Shown here piece after piece: positions 22,901 through 32,300 of a stretch of DNA of 64,000 nucleotides. Below the pieces are notes generated by a model. That model was given only the letters and a program-made list of their open reading frames with translations, had not been told where the DNA came from and searched no databases. The DNA comes from Monocercomonoides exilis PA203 (lineage: Eukaryota > Protista > Preaxostyla), in NCBI GenBank assembly GCA_001643675.2, contig LSRY02000006.1:682001-746000 (forward strand). The letters are read 5' to 3'. A program made the translations under genes and the position numbers. Numbering within the stretch: the first letter of the stretch is position 1; every line of letters begins with the position of its first letter.

Positions 22901-23077
22901 GTGCGAGTTGTGAAGTGCTGTGTGGCATGGAAAGCAGAAGACAGATCATCGCTGACTGAGCTTCGGAAAGAGTTTATCTGTTTTTTTCCAGCAGGCGCAA
23001 CAATGCTGACGATTACAGATGCAATCAGAATTGAGGAATTGAGCGGTGACAGTGAAGGATATACAAGAAACAAATGA
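13928..23077 (+). CDS. Giant single-pass receptor-like protein (~3049 aa): signal peptide, 5 Cys/GGG-rich beta-helix modules, TM, kinase-like (pseudokinase) tail
   Basis: Intronless ORF (track starts at TTG 13886; first ATG 13928, MNCLAFIICLQW). Repeated V...G.D...CG....PC.TI and GGG / N.A..G.DVF motifs, TM IWPIIVIIMAFFLFIILIIAVM, C-lobe motifs RWKAPE and SFSIGMMLWECLTLQIPF. Confidence 0.92.
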   Translation: MNCLAFIICLQWFSMDAANNEADKKEGSNELEKEIFQDSFISNEIQNRNTFEKNTIENKFHAYSVQNEDYDEGNSKNEFKCDYEYRKRRKPLGYIHEGKKHWSSNNGVEDSWIEGCLKMMNSSVLCVDVTIMDRTNNCVIEAEKKSCVELKRCFLSFGEENSPLKLTGSCAVLVNVSLASSIQHLHSIPPLFASERSENQFDHFGSISICSSCFSSFLVSRPPFLSSAFVESISLSNLDFFNISTIPAKTESLSTCQCGKATLMNSCSFHSVCDVYDGGIVPSLNNPLTSLTSSNTSFVGCCRTRNVEFIGSEEEKKYPGRQNETEDGQNTFILCEWNGSKASGTSTSATDGISSGGAINMCNLENGILFVSHCAFNDCSAYSYGGGIMCYLIKSVSIENNLFNSCVSEHDFGGGMYFYFIYSYFQISKCKIRKCVACNNGGGFFLHNFVFSESDSIETENDREGDALIFECDCISCSVTNVNGGGLCCFDLVSQFKMSSIRFIGCSAVTGGGGLHFRPERMSGPIDGIYCCFLFFHECRCTNSIPYGHDIQHIDAFNVFLKSGNPFHECYTTNADDQRVLYTYNSSGAYVSQLTEKKEWLKDGVMDIFVGVAGDNTNKWCGVNKLKPCKTIGFVMENHIPELISKIILMEGNHTNETTTIEIGTKKISVIGKGREMSAIGTGELSLTRALFRVTTGHLGLMHLGIDHNSSAGSSPSVVVVTGGSGSLSLEDVVITTSVSSGDYVMSSSVFVVPLSQLSMIDVEIKEMNISQSLLSEPVLSSFSSSSSALLLTTATSKESSLANITVKNVKQANGDGVVVAKSVAEEETFVVWNATFEDCECKRGSGGGIKIKLESSTSKFRMGETASSSEGTTKFNKTNCSGYGGGVMMWLTENSFDFEISSVSFMNCDAGLGGKDVFANGSKLESGTITTTKLNVGHNGSIYDELMGYDRNEEEMGIFPLNVFFDSFSGAAHVGIKKNGFGGFDSWFCGFDCFPCRTIAFAVETRFATGNKNITLDSGFELEEVVSMAGSYEWEVFCSFNKTDVNVRVPSGMTSLYLINVESKSSIKNIAFQIPHQLSGATSLIGLTSSSLTLTDCSVAHSSESTSSVAFGYSIVNAQSGSLKMDRFVIGGALVFGAHSAIEFSEGMESVACSGCNINGVKRNEGDGGWMKGKVGTSGTLTVDGCNVNECSCGGGKGGGTYVGLKGNGKVVVNGTSVIDRNKAENNGGNGGNGGRGGGMFLLMESEGCGLTIGQNVEFSKVNGNVAEYGKDVFVHCGSGVFLESKVNTSSFAFFDTSTIPSDVLKLSGSENGEESGVIPLFVYLCTMGTKVLVDGSGGNGMDHSHCGFEGFGCLTVDYCANSRLNESLNEIEVVSSSSIRDEIELSLFGVIISGRIVSPDRERMQVNVSDGGLATQDWLVGFSSSLTMRRLSFVVKGQLNPRRSVFIHSTSTINMTNCSVSFESGALTDGKIGYNMINIEGGELIIDGFVMEGGVTMNGKSPIAISNGVELEMLKSRVSGVEVIGEDGGCLNVGMKECGCVKIELSNFSSTCSGGSGMKGGGMMISVGSGGSFEMKNVKYSGCEVPREDGEDGGRGIGGGIFAELPHQMGIFVLEGMTFEGCNAWKGKKMFVSGWDLSKIANKEHFKWEMSEMELGSLDELCGWERKTTGEEGYVIPLVVYLWSNWSGDGFVSKDGGGDFSGCGYSEAPCSSIDHLISLRYEPLGEGESHISIVGSGFLSHSISFSSSLPPASQDSESQKVVIEGTKKGTAVIISDEDDENDMIGGSLISSGVSLTLSNLSFSNPNPNGHHEILIGSSGANICLSVVDCSFGTLNGMADAGFCVMKVNGGRVIVQGCSLDAVGQLRGFIAFSATATKEVIVEDVNISNVGVKERSLISMFEDEQTTGMKAKRGINRGESRHSNNEKVVIKVNGSSFTNITNGENRAGMLSVDSFESAMECVLEGCSVSSCRSEMSEEGGGMKVCLKRGELEVRVVGCSLGMCSCSGVKGRGGGVMVDALDPNEGGTSGFGPVGIRMENVRFWGNEAFVGKDVFIRCESIAEQINETLFVLDMSQDALKSTNSICGSDKERDDVDLIPLITFYYGQQVFVSLSGRDDRQCGAQNSPCLSIGSAVKHIQRGVGNSIWIDGEGVIGGECVIGDMNVKSLKKTQSTIHLDGKMEVVGDEGSVIVFVNESAVEKCEFLFGLSFESEHSSIVKVKNGTLGVSECWWKSVGMMKLLNSTIVEVEGGELEMEKCVVSCVCTSREILSVCEGSKAAIYQLRMSDIESEDGGIVDVKKARVEAKEMSMSNITRQNRGSIVKMMECTERVDLMNCSMRMCLGKEERGWMVSVWNCECVNVDCCEFDGEEEENEERTRNEQDEGERREEICKWNGSMVEFEKSEVFLKESTITNSSEGGLSVSGGNVVIEKGEFANNNPSIGKYPSARRNILCSDSAQLNIMSLKGGDGVYPNSSMWILNDGCSLNGIVEERASPLFIPTLRSVETEEKEGVLDVVFRGTLLLPCNLSFRVVSSVGDVEQVETHEISESGFESEEEVHGTIGLEMVRGAEASAEVRVCILFGDGHSPSATESFILKNRSETDPKGDEKIVEGGKEGKSIWPIIVIIMAFFLFIILIIAVMSTVRWRKVKNEAEDLREIVNDNIRKDPKAFEMVTMEMSPEEQWRRAEREAEKKNDERMKKRIYDTNMQHSESSEHLLSESGSTEYILGRDSDKIPQWMLEKDEEEETRKRTPSPSISSTSTIDTSDTDTTFVRMEDMCPTTSSMSNLVDAMACSSPHEKLIVDLRDSLFMLLHGRNEKKEMAIGSLEERELTAAQILFWVANLALHSFDETEVPLQSLSSLSPHIVLFSEHMVICIVMHSDLLSDDSDSSSISSSTVVTSASDDDEDSLPSSAFEDEDDFKKECLRWKAPELLINKKMGATKESVSFSIGMMLWECLTLQIPFGDYEAEVAGQKIVNGERLELRSIETSQFVRVVKCCVAWKAEDRSSLTELRKEFICFFPAGATMLTITDAIRIEELSGDSEGYTRNK

Positions 23078-23447
23078 ACTGTGAAATCAAATGACTGGGG
23101 AGGCTGATGAGGGAAAGGGAAGGAATCGAAGAATTGATTGGGAAACGTTTTGTATTTTTAATATTATTTATGGATGAGTGGAGAGAGTGTTGTTCTGATA
23201 AAATGATAACAAGCAGTTTGTTCATCTGAACAAACATTATGTTTTGATTTATATATGCATGGATATGTAATATATGTAGACTTTTGTATGTCTTTCTGCA
23301 ATTTGCTTTTCAGAGAAGGTTTTGAAGTTGTGCTTTGTGAACCGAGTTTTGAATTTTGTTCAATGTGATGAGGTGTTTGATTGAATACACAACAATTTTT
23401 CTATGTTAGAGTATTTTCAAAAAATATTTAGTTTAATTTATGTGCTA

Positions 23448-24429
23448 GGGTTACACTTTTACTCTGACCTATATTTTACCCCCACCCTTTTTTTGAAGAG
23501 CTGGCTACGGCTTAATACAAGCCTGTAGCCAACAAAAAATAACTAGAAATGTTTATTTTAATAAATTTAACTTATGCAGAAAAATTTTTTTAACAATTTT
23601 TTTTTAACTTTGAGATCTCGGTATTTTTTAATTTTATTTTTTGATCATTAAATTGATGGTCTTTCCATGAATATAAAATTCTAGAAGTTTCAAGCTACAC
23701 CGTCATTACACATCTTATCCTTTTTATTGTTTTTATAACTTTTCACATTTCACAAGTTTCTTTTTCACTTGTTTTCTCATTTCATCCACTTTTCGAAAAA
23801 ATGCTTTTATTGATTGTATATATAACTATTTTAATATTACATAAGCTGTATCTCATTTGAAACTCTATATATTGTTGAACACTCACGTAATTTTTTGCTG
23901 AAAAAATGTTACTGGTCGGAAAAATCAAAACTTCCGAAATTGATGTTTTTCATTTTTCCATTTCAAATCAAATTTGCAAAGCTTTTTTGTATATCTGCAT
24001 AATTAACATTATAACATATATAAAGGATAATCTTAAAATTTTTAACAAAAATTCATCATTCTTAAAAAATTTTCATTTTTTCGAAAAGTGGATGAAATGA
24101 GAAAACAAGTGAAAAAGAAACTTGTGAAATGTGAAAAGTTATAAAAACAATAAAAAGGATAAGATGTGTAATGACGGTGTAGCTTGAAACTTCTAGAATT
24201 TTATATTCATGGAAAGACCATCAATTTAATGATCAAAAAATAAAATTAAAAAATACCGAGATCTCAAAGTTAAAAAAAAATTGTTAAAAAAATTTTTCTG
24301 CATAAGTTAAATTTATTAAAATAAACATTTCTAGTTATTTTTTGTTGGCTACAGGCTTGTATTAAGCCGTAGCCAGCTCTTCAAAAAAAGGGTGGGGGTA
24401 AAATATAGGTCAGAGTAAAAGTGTAACCC
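23448..24429. mobile_element. Non-autonomous foldback/MITE element FB1 (982 bp), 356-bp terminal inverted repeats, TA target duplication
   Basis: TA|GGGTTACAC...GTGTAACCC|TA; arms 23448-23803 and 24074-24429 look perfect by eye; empty site in the paralogous flank near 63624. Confidence 0.93.
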
Positions 24430-24916
24430 TATGATCATCATAAACATGTGACAGAATTCTTTCATTTATGAAAAAAACTGGGAATTGTTATAAACTTTAC
24501 TACAATCGCATTATTATAAATCAACCGAAACTATGCAAATAATTACAGAAGAATTTTAAAAATTGAGAAAAATAATAGTTTGAGAAGAATGGAACAAAAT
24601 TCATAAAGCAAAATATTTTGTCCTAAATAATAACTGCGATCTGTTCAGCCCTTTTAATCATTAAGAAACTTCACACTTCTTTTTCATATCACATCTTTTC
24701 AATTCATTTCTTACTTATTCTTTCAAATTTCTTTTTATTACACAATGTTTTTATCAGTTGAAATAAATACATTAAAAGCTAAATTGTGTTTTTGCTGATA
24801 GCTTGCAATTTTTTTACAATATTCCAATGGTTGAATAACTATTTCCAATGCCTATCAGTTGTTTTGGTGTTGGAAATAGACACAAATCTTCTTTTTCATA
24901 CACTTTTTGGAAGTTA

Positions 24917-25922
24917 TGGTCAACTTTTTATTGGGACTTTTTTCTTTATTGGAACTTTTTTTGTTTTTGCATGCCAATCATTCAAAAAAGCTAGATGGAC
25001 CTCAACACTCGGATGAGTGTGTTTATAAAACAAATATATTAAATTACCGGTTTGTTTTTGAAATTTTGTCTATTTTTCGTAGAGATACAATAATTTTTTA
25101 TTTATTTTGAAGTGACTTTTTTCAGCCGAGTAAGCATTTCACAAAAATTTGAAATCCATTTTTAAAAACGACTAGCATTATCCTTTTTATATTCAAAATC
25201 TTAAGTTTTACAACTTGTTTTTTCTTGATTTTTTCACATTTTATTTTTTTATCAACATGCGAACAAAAATTTGAAAAATTCTTTGTTATTAAAATGAAGT
25301 GTTAAAAATATAAATATGACATGAAAATTACACACTCTAATGAAGAAGTGTGATAAAAGCTAAACATTAAATTTTTCCACTTGTCTCAAACGCATCACAT
25401 AAGAATTAGTTTGATCGTTGACCTTTCAGTGTTGTGACCATTCACATGTTTGAGATAAAAAGAAAATTTTAATGTTCAACCTTTTTCACACTTCTTCATT
25501 AGAGTGTGTAATTTTCATGTCATATTTATATTTTTAACACTTCATTTTAATAACAAAGAATTTTTCAAATTTTTGTTCGCATGTTGATAAAAAAATAAAA
25601 TGTGAAAAAATCAAGAAAAAACAAGTTGTAAAACTTAAGATTTTGAATATAAAAAGGATAATGCTAGTCGTTTTTAAAAATGGATTTCAAATTTTTGTGA
25701 AATGCTTACTCGGCTGAAAAAAGTCACTTCAAAATAAATAAAAAATTATTGTATCTCTACGAAAAATAGACAAAATTTCAAAAACAAACCGGTAATTTAA
25801 TATATTTGTTTTATAAACACACTCATCCGAGTGTTGAGGTCCATCTAGCTTTTTTGAATGATTGGCATGCAAAAACAAAAAAAGTTCCAATAAAGAAAAA
25901 AGTCCCAATAAAAAGTTGACCA
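24917..25922. mobile_element. Non-autonomous foldback element FB2 (1006 bp), 437-bp inverted arms, TA-flanked
   Basis: TA|TGGTCAAC...GTTGACCA|TA; arms 24917-25353 and 25486-25922, continuing imperfectly into the spacer. The mirror ORFs 24907-25110(+) and 25729-25959(-) arise from this symmetry. Confidence 0.9.
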
Positions 25923-26391
25923 TATCTATTCTATGAATCTTCTTTAAAAGATTCTGCAATACTCATTTTTTCCCCAGCAAATTTTGACAAATAAGTGAAA
26001 GAAAAAGAAAACGGTATAATTTAATAAGTAATAATTCCAAGCGAAAAATTACTTTTTGAATAAGCTTTCCTTTTTAATTTGATCATTTAAGAAATAAAGA
26101 GACTTCCTGTCTCCGTTTCTCATCACATGTCGAATAATTGAAACGAACATTATAAAAATTAACAATATTAGATATGAGAAATACTATAAAATTCAAAGAT
26201 AAGAGTTCGGGTCTGTAAAAATAAGTTGTAAGCAAATCATCAAACTATGCATCCAGCTTTATCTAAAGAGTAATACTCTTTATATAAAGCAAACAATATT
26301 TTAAATTTGCTTTTCAATTGAAACCATTCTCAAGCAAATACACAAAACTTCTGTACAGATATTAAAACTGTTCAAAATAAAATGACAAAAA

Positions 26392-29300
26392 TTAATTTTT
26401 CATAAATAGACTGTGAAGTACCCTCTTTCTTGCTGTAATGAAAGCAGCAAGCAGCTTATCAAAACATGGGCATGCAGAAAAAAGCATGAATGTAAGTTCA
26501 ATTGATGAAGATGGTTTTTGTAAGAATGGAGTTGGTTGGACGAACACCACATGGTGAGTTTGTTCTTTATTTGCTTTACAAATTGCTTCTTTATCTTTTT
26601 GATTTGTGAATATTGATTTTGTTGTATTAACCCACGTTGATCTTCTTTCTGCTTTTCTTCTTTGGGATTGCATTTCCCATTTTTGCCTGAGAATTTTAGT
26701 ATGCTTCCTTTGAGTACTCTTTTCATTTGATTCATCAATACTGTCTCCTTCAAGCCAGCTAACTTCGTTGGAATCGCCAATGCGAGACTGTTTTTTGATA
26801 CATATTTTTTTATTAAATGCAAAGTGAATGGATAAACAAAAGTCACTCTGAACCTTACGTTCTGTGAGTAGCGAGGCTACTATGCTGTTATTTCTCCGAA
26901 TTGTTGAAAGACCTTTCCAGAAAAGAAAAGTTTCTCCAAAAAGTGCATGCTCCGTTGAGGATGGAAAGACAAGTGCTGATGAATGTTTCAACTTAGCTTG
27001 ATGAGGCAGAATGAGAAATGAAGGTAGAAGAGGCGTGATAGAGGCATCTTTCTGACTCTTTAACGATTGAGAGTTCGAAAGAAATCGAAGGACAGTGCTT
27101 TGAATTGATGAGAATGTTCCAGAAAAAGATGGAAGGAAAAAAAGAGATATAAGATCGAGAGATAGCTTCACTAAACCTTCAGACTTTTTTATGAAATAAG
27201 GCTTTCCCTCTGAAAAGTATCTAACAATTGAGCTCCAAAAGAAATTGACAAAATGCATTAACAAGCGTATTTGCGATGGTCTCGAACATAAAATAGAGAG
27301 AGGAAGTCGTGCTGAATAAGATGGCAGAGATTTTGGTACAGAAAAAGAGCGAAAACCGAAATCGTTTCGAGATTCAGAGCGAAGTGGAGGGGGTGGAATT
27401 GGAGGAGGGCGAACAGAATCAGATTGACTTCCAAAAGATGAAGAAAAAGCATTTGTAACAGAAGTGGCAGGAGAAGGAGGCGGAGAATATATGATTGAAT
27501 CTTGTGAAGTGGTGAGTGTGGACGATGGAGAATGAACAATAACACAGTAATCATCCGATCCAGAAGCAGGGGGAGAGGTAGATCTTTTCTCAAGAGCAGT
27601 AGATGAATAGCTAGATGTGTGTGAATTGTTAGATTGATGAATAAATAATGAATGAGGATCTGAAACTTGAAGGAGCAAAGAAGATGGTGTGAATTGAGAA
27701 GTGTAGTGATACAGCAAACAAGATAATTGAATTGGAGTTGACAAAGAGGAGCGCTGTTGAGAAGACGGGTATGGAAATCCAGATTGGTGAACTGATTTAA
27801 ATTGAGTTTGCTTATTTTGAGAAAAATCTAGATGCTTTCTGCATTCTAAGCATCCACACCCAAACCGATGAAGCATTAAAAGGTCATGAAGTGTTACTGA
27901 CGTGTGCTGAAATGAAGAGCTGGTGAGAGTGGGATGGAAATCATAAGTGGAGTGAAATATGGCAACTGAACTTGATTCTCCTTTATCATTTGCATTTTTA
28001 ATCCCAGTATATGAATGTCCATCTATAGCATTCTTGCCATTTGATAACTTTGAAGATTCTAATGAGGTTAGAAGCAATGACTGGGATTGCATCGAAGACT
28101 GTTGGGATGCTTGGAAAAGTAGCTTAGCAGAGGAATTTATAGAAGAAATCAGCGTTGGTGCAGAAATTGATAAAAGAGATTCAACATTCAATTCTTGGAG
28201 AATAAACGTTGATTTACTAATATTTGATAGAAATAGAAGAGACTGAGATAAAAGCACAGTCTGAATGCGTTTGAGGAAGAAAGAGCAGCGCGGTTTGTTC
28301 CACTCACTTTTCAAGCAAGAGTTTGATCGCATTGCTGATGCTTTTGTTTCTCCTTCTTCCAATTCAAAGAATGAAAGATAATCCTTTTCAAAAGCAGCAA
28401 AGCACAACTTTGATTGCTGCATTTCCATGTCTTTTTGAATCCGAGACGAAGAAATCTTCGGTAGCAAAATAAATGGATAAAATTGCATGTCGTTTGAATT
28501 GAAGATCTTTTCCAACGAAGACAACGTATCTTTAATTGAAAACGAACAACTGAATCTTGGAGCAGAAGCAACATTAACAACAGTCTCTGATGGTACATTT
28601 ATCACTTCTCCAATTTTTGGTGTTTGTCGTGCACCTGAAAGATGATTTTCCATCAAAGCATTGCTCCACTTTTGTTGTTTTCTTATCGCTTTAATCTCTG
28701 AAGCTTGTATTTTTGTATTGGCATTCGAAGTTGTATTTGAACACTCATAATCTGTTTCAACATCTCTTTCAATCTCTGTTGTTCTTGCCACAGTTCCGAA
28801 AAGTGTGACCACAACTTCCGCAAAGGATTTAAGAATATCCATTTCTGAGCAAGGAAATCTGTATTGAATTGAGTTGTGCTCTTTTGGAAAAGAGACTGGT
28901 AGGCCATATTTTGTGACATCAGATAAATATTTCATATCCAACTTTGCAGAAGAGGAAGATGAATAAGTCAACGTTTCTGTTGTAATCTGCTGCCGGCGTG
29001 GCTTCAGATGCTCGCGCTGCATCTTTCTATGATGAAAACTCCTTAACTTTTCGATATCAGCATCGGCTGCTCTTTGTCTTTTGCTCTTTTCTTCTTCCTC
29101 CTCACTCTCTTCCTCTTCTTCTTCTTCCTCCTCTTCCTCTTCCTCTTCCTCTTCTTCACTTTCCTCTGTTTCCTCGGTTTCCTCCGTCTCTTCCGTTTCT
29201 TCTTCGTATTCACTTTCTTCTTCTTCATTTTCCTCCTTTGTTGGAATTTTTCTGCTTTTGCTAAGCTTACTTCCTGTATACGAGTTACTTACATGTTTTT

Positions 29301-32300
29301 GCATTCTTGAATGAACAAATTTATTTGTAGTTTCGACATGAGCAGACTTTCTTTGTTTTCCATTGATGGATGGAGAGATTCGTTGCTCATCGACTTCAAA
29401 CTCAGAACTAGAAAGAGGCTTTGGCACCTCTGAACTTTTTGCAGATGATGATATCTCAATGGCTGCTTTTAAGGAAGGGTTTGACTGATTTCGAGATGGT
29501 GGTGGCGGAGGAGGAATTGCACTTCGTGCTTCTCTTTTTGCCATTTGATTAATTTCCTGAAAAGAAGAATTTTGCTTTATTGGTGATGGATGATAGCCAG
29601 AAGGAAGAGGTGGTGGTGGAGATGGTGAATGATTCGGAAACCTAACATTTGAGGCTTTGATTGAAGAAGGTTCAGTAAAACCGTCAGATAGCGATGGAAT
29701 TTCGGATGGAAGGGTGTAATCCCACGAATCTTCGTCTCCACTCGAAAATTCCTGCTTTTGCAACCGAAATGCAATTGGCTTATCTTCCTCTGCTAAATTA
29801 TCTTTCTCGTTTTGAGTAAGTCGAATGCTTTCTGCTTTTTGTTTCGGTTTGCTTGCTTCGTTTGCATCAAAAGTCTCTTCATCCTCCCATTCAACAAGAA
29901 CAACATCATTCCATTTGGGCTTTGCTTCTTCCTTTGGAGGAAGACCAACAGAATGTGAGATCGGTACAGGAACTTCAGAAAGAAGCGTTTTATGAGACAT
30001 TTTCAGCAGCGGCGAGATGTGATCAGGAGAAGTGATAGAAGATGTTGTGGTGGTGCTCTGTGTTGATTTCTTTTCGAAGTTAGCTGAATCAAGTGATTGT
30101 AACTTTTGTTCAGATGAAGAAAATGGACTTTTTGATCTGCTCTTCAATTTCTTGCTTAGCAGTTTTTGTTCAACATTTTGATTTGATTTCAACTTTGAAG
30201 GATGTCTTGTGACAAGCGAAGTGAGGGAGACACGGCACGCTGGTAGAAGAAGACATGATTTGTTGAGAACAATCTCAAGATCCAATGTCGAATGCAGCGG
30301 AGTGCCGAGATTTGAGGCTCTGAAAAGTGACAATGAGCTTTTACTATTTGCAGACAAAGAAGCTTTCCCCATTGAACTGGATTCAGAATTCTGAGATGAA
30401 AGAGGCTGGGATGTTAAACGAAAAGGGGACGAAAGATAAGTAGCATTAACAACATCAACAAAACAAGAGGCGAATGGAGATGGAGACGAAAAAGCTGTCT
30501 TTGTGTCGGATGATGTTCTATTTGAAGCTTTCACAAGAGCCGCAGATTGAGATTGTTTGTCAGATGCTAATTTCTTAATGGACAGAGGCAAAATAATATC
30601 ACTTTCATTGCCTTTGCTGCAACTTCTCGAATGCTCTGGTAAATACATCGGAAATATTGTGTTTTCGTTTGGCAGAGAAGAAGAACTAGCCAGCGAAGCG
30701 AGCGAAGATAGCATATTTTGATAGACTTGCCTTAGGGTGTATGAATGCCACCAACTGAGTTTTGTTGGAGGAGCTTCAAATTCAACATTGATAGAAACTG
30801 CATCAACGGTGCCTGTAGAGCTATGCCTTTTCCTCTTCATCTGTCGAGCTTTTGCACGCTCAAGAAATTGCTTGTTCTTTTCTGTGGTTTTGTTGAGAAT
30901 GCCGATGATTATCCGGCACGCCAGTTCGACAGAAAGAGGACGAAAGAGAAGAGGAACCTGATAAAGATCAGATGTTTTTATTCCAAATGCGCCAATGCCT
31001 GTTAAATCGCGTTCTTCTTGCTTGCGAATGTTCTTAAATTGATTACTTAAAAATTGAAGGAGAGAATCCATAATGCGACAATCGTATTCAAAAGGCAACG
31101 GACGCTGCTCTTCGCTCTCGATTTCCTCACTTCCACGTTCTTCTTTTTGAAGAGATTTAATTTTGGCCTTTTCAGTTTGGGAAGAAGAAATCGCTTTTGA
31201 GCTAATAGAAGAATGCTTGGAAAGTGAAGTCTCAAGCTGTCTTGAATGAATCCGATTTTTCTTTTGTTTGTTTTTGATAGAATTTCTTTTCGTTTTCCTC
31301 AAAATACCTGTGCGATCATGAAAACGCAGATATGTCAGGCATTTACTCGTCACTCGCGTTGATCTGCAGAACTTCACAAGTCGCTGGGGCTTTATCGGTG
31401 TTTGACCTGAGGATCCAAATTGTTCTTGCCTCTTGTAATTCGAAGAAGAGATTCCATTGCTGCTCAACTCCTTTTCCAGTTCGCTTTCTTGCTCTGAATC
31501 AGAATTCAATGACACAACAGACAAGTCGATGTCGAGCTGTGGATCGTTGGGAATGCATTCAGGCAAGACAGACAACGCAGACTGTTCTTCAAACGGAGGT
31601 GAGTCAGATGAAAAAGCTGAATTGTTCAAAGGCAAAGCAGGCAGATCGAGAAGCTGATTCTGATCCTGTAACAGCGGAAGTGGCTGTGCGTTTAAATCAG
31701 AGGGAGAAGTTTCAATGGAATTGGGAGACGAACTTGAGATAACCGGAGAAGATAATTGCTTTACGGGAGTTGAAGGAAACACTCTTGCCGAGGCGTCTGC
31801 AGAAGCAGCATCGTCAGATGGCGAGGGAGACTGGGAAAAGCACTGGGCATCAGTTGGATTTAGCAGTCTGTGTTTTTTGGATGGCTTTCCAACAGTCACG
31901 CGAAGCACAGCATCTGACGGAGGCACCTTCATCTCGTATTTGTGGTCTTTGATGCACAGATGAAGTTGAGATGGTGTCATCCAGCTGATGTCTGCAAATC
32001 GGAGACTCGGAGGCTCTGGGATTGTGAGCAATGAGTCTGGTTCGACTTTCGACTTAATCTTTGTTTTCAGCAATTTCTGTACTTCTATCGTGGTATGTTT
32101 CTCGTCAACGGAAGATATCCAATTGACAGTTTCTGACTTTCGCTTCTCTATCCCTTCGCTCTGTTCCAATGATTGTGGACGTTTGCGTGTGGACTTTGCA
32201 CTCTGATCGGGCACTGCATCTTCGAAGTAATACACAAGATCATACAGCATTGCTGAATTAACATCGGTGAATTCACTTAAAATGGATCCCAGTGATATTG

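Noticed and set aside
23446-23453. TAGGGTTA at the FB1 ends resembling telomeric TTAGGG
   Set aside because: Little more than one unit, not tandem, and the other foldback families lack it.
24786-25959. Duplicated short ORFs on opposite strands (also 43326-43556 and the end of 47967-48554)
   Set aside because: Artefacts of the inverted-repeat arms, with no protein features.
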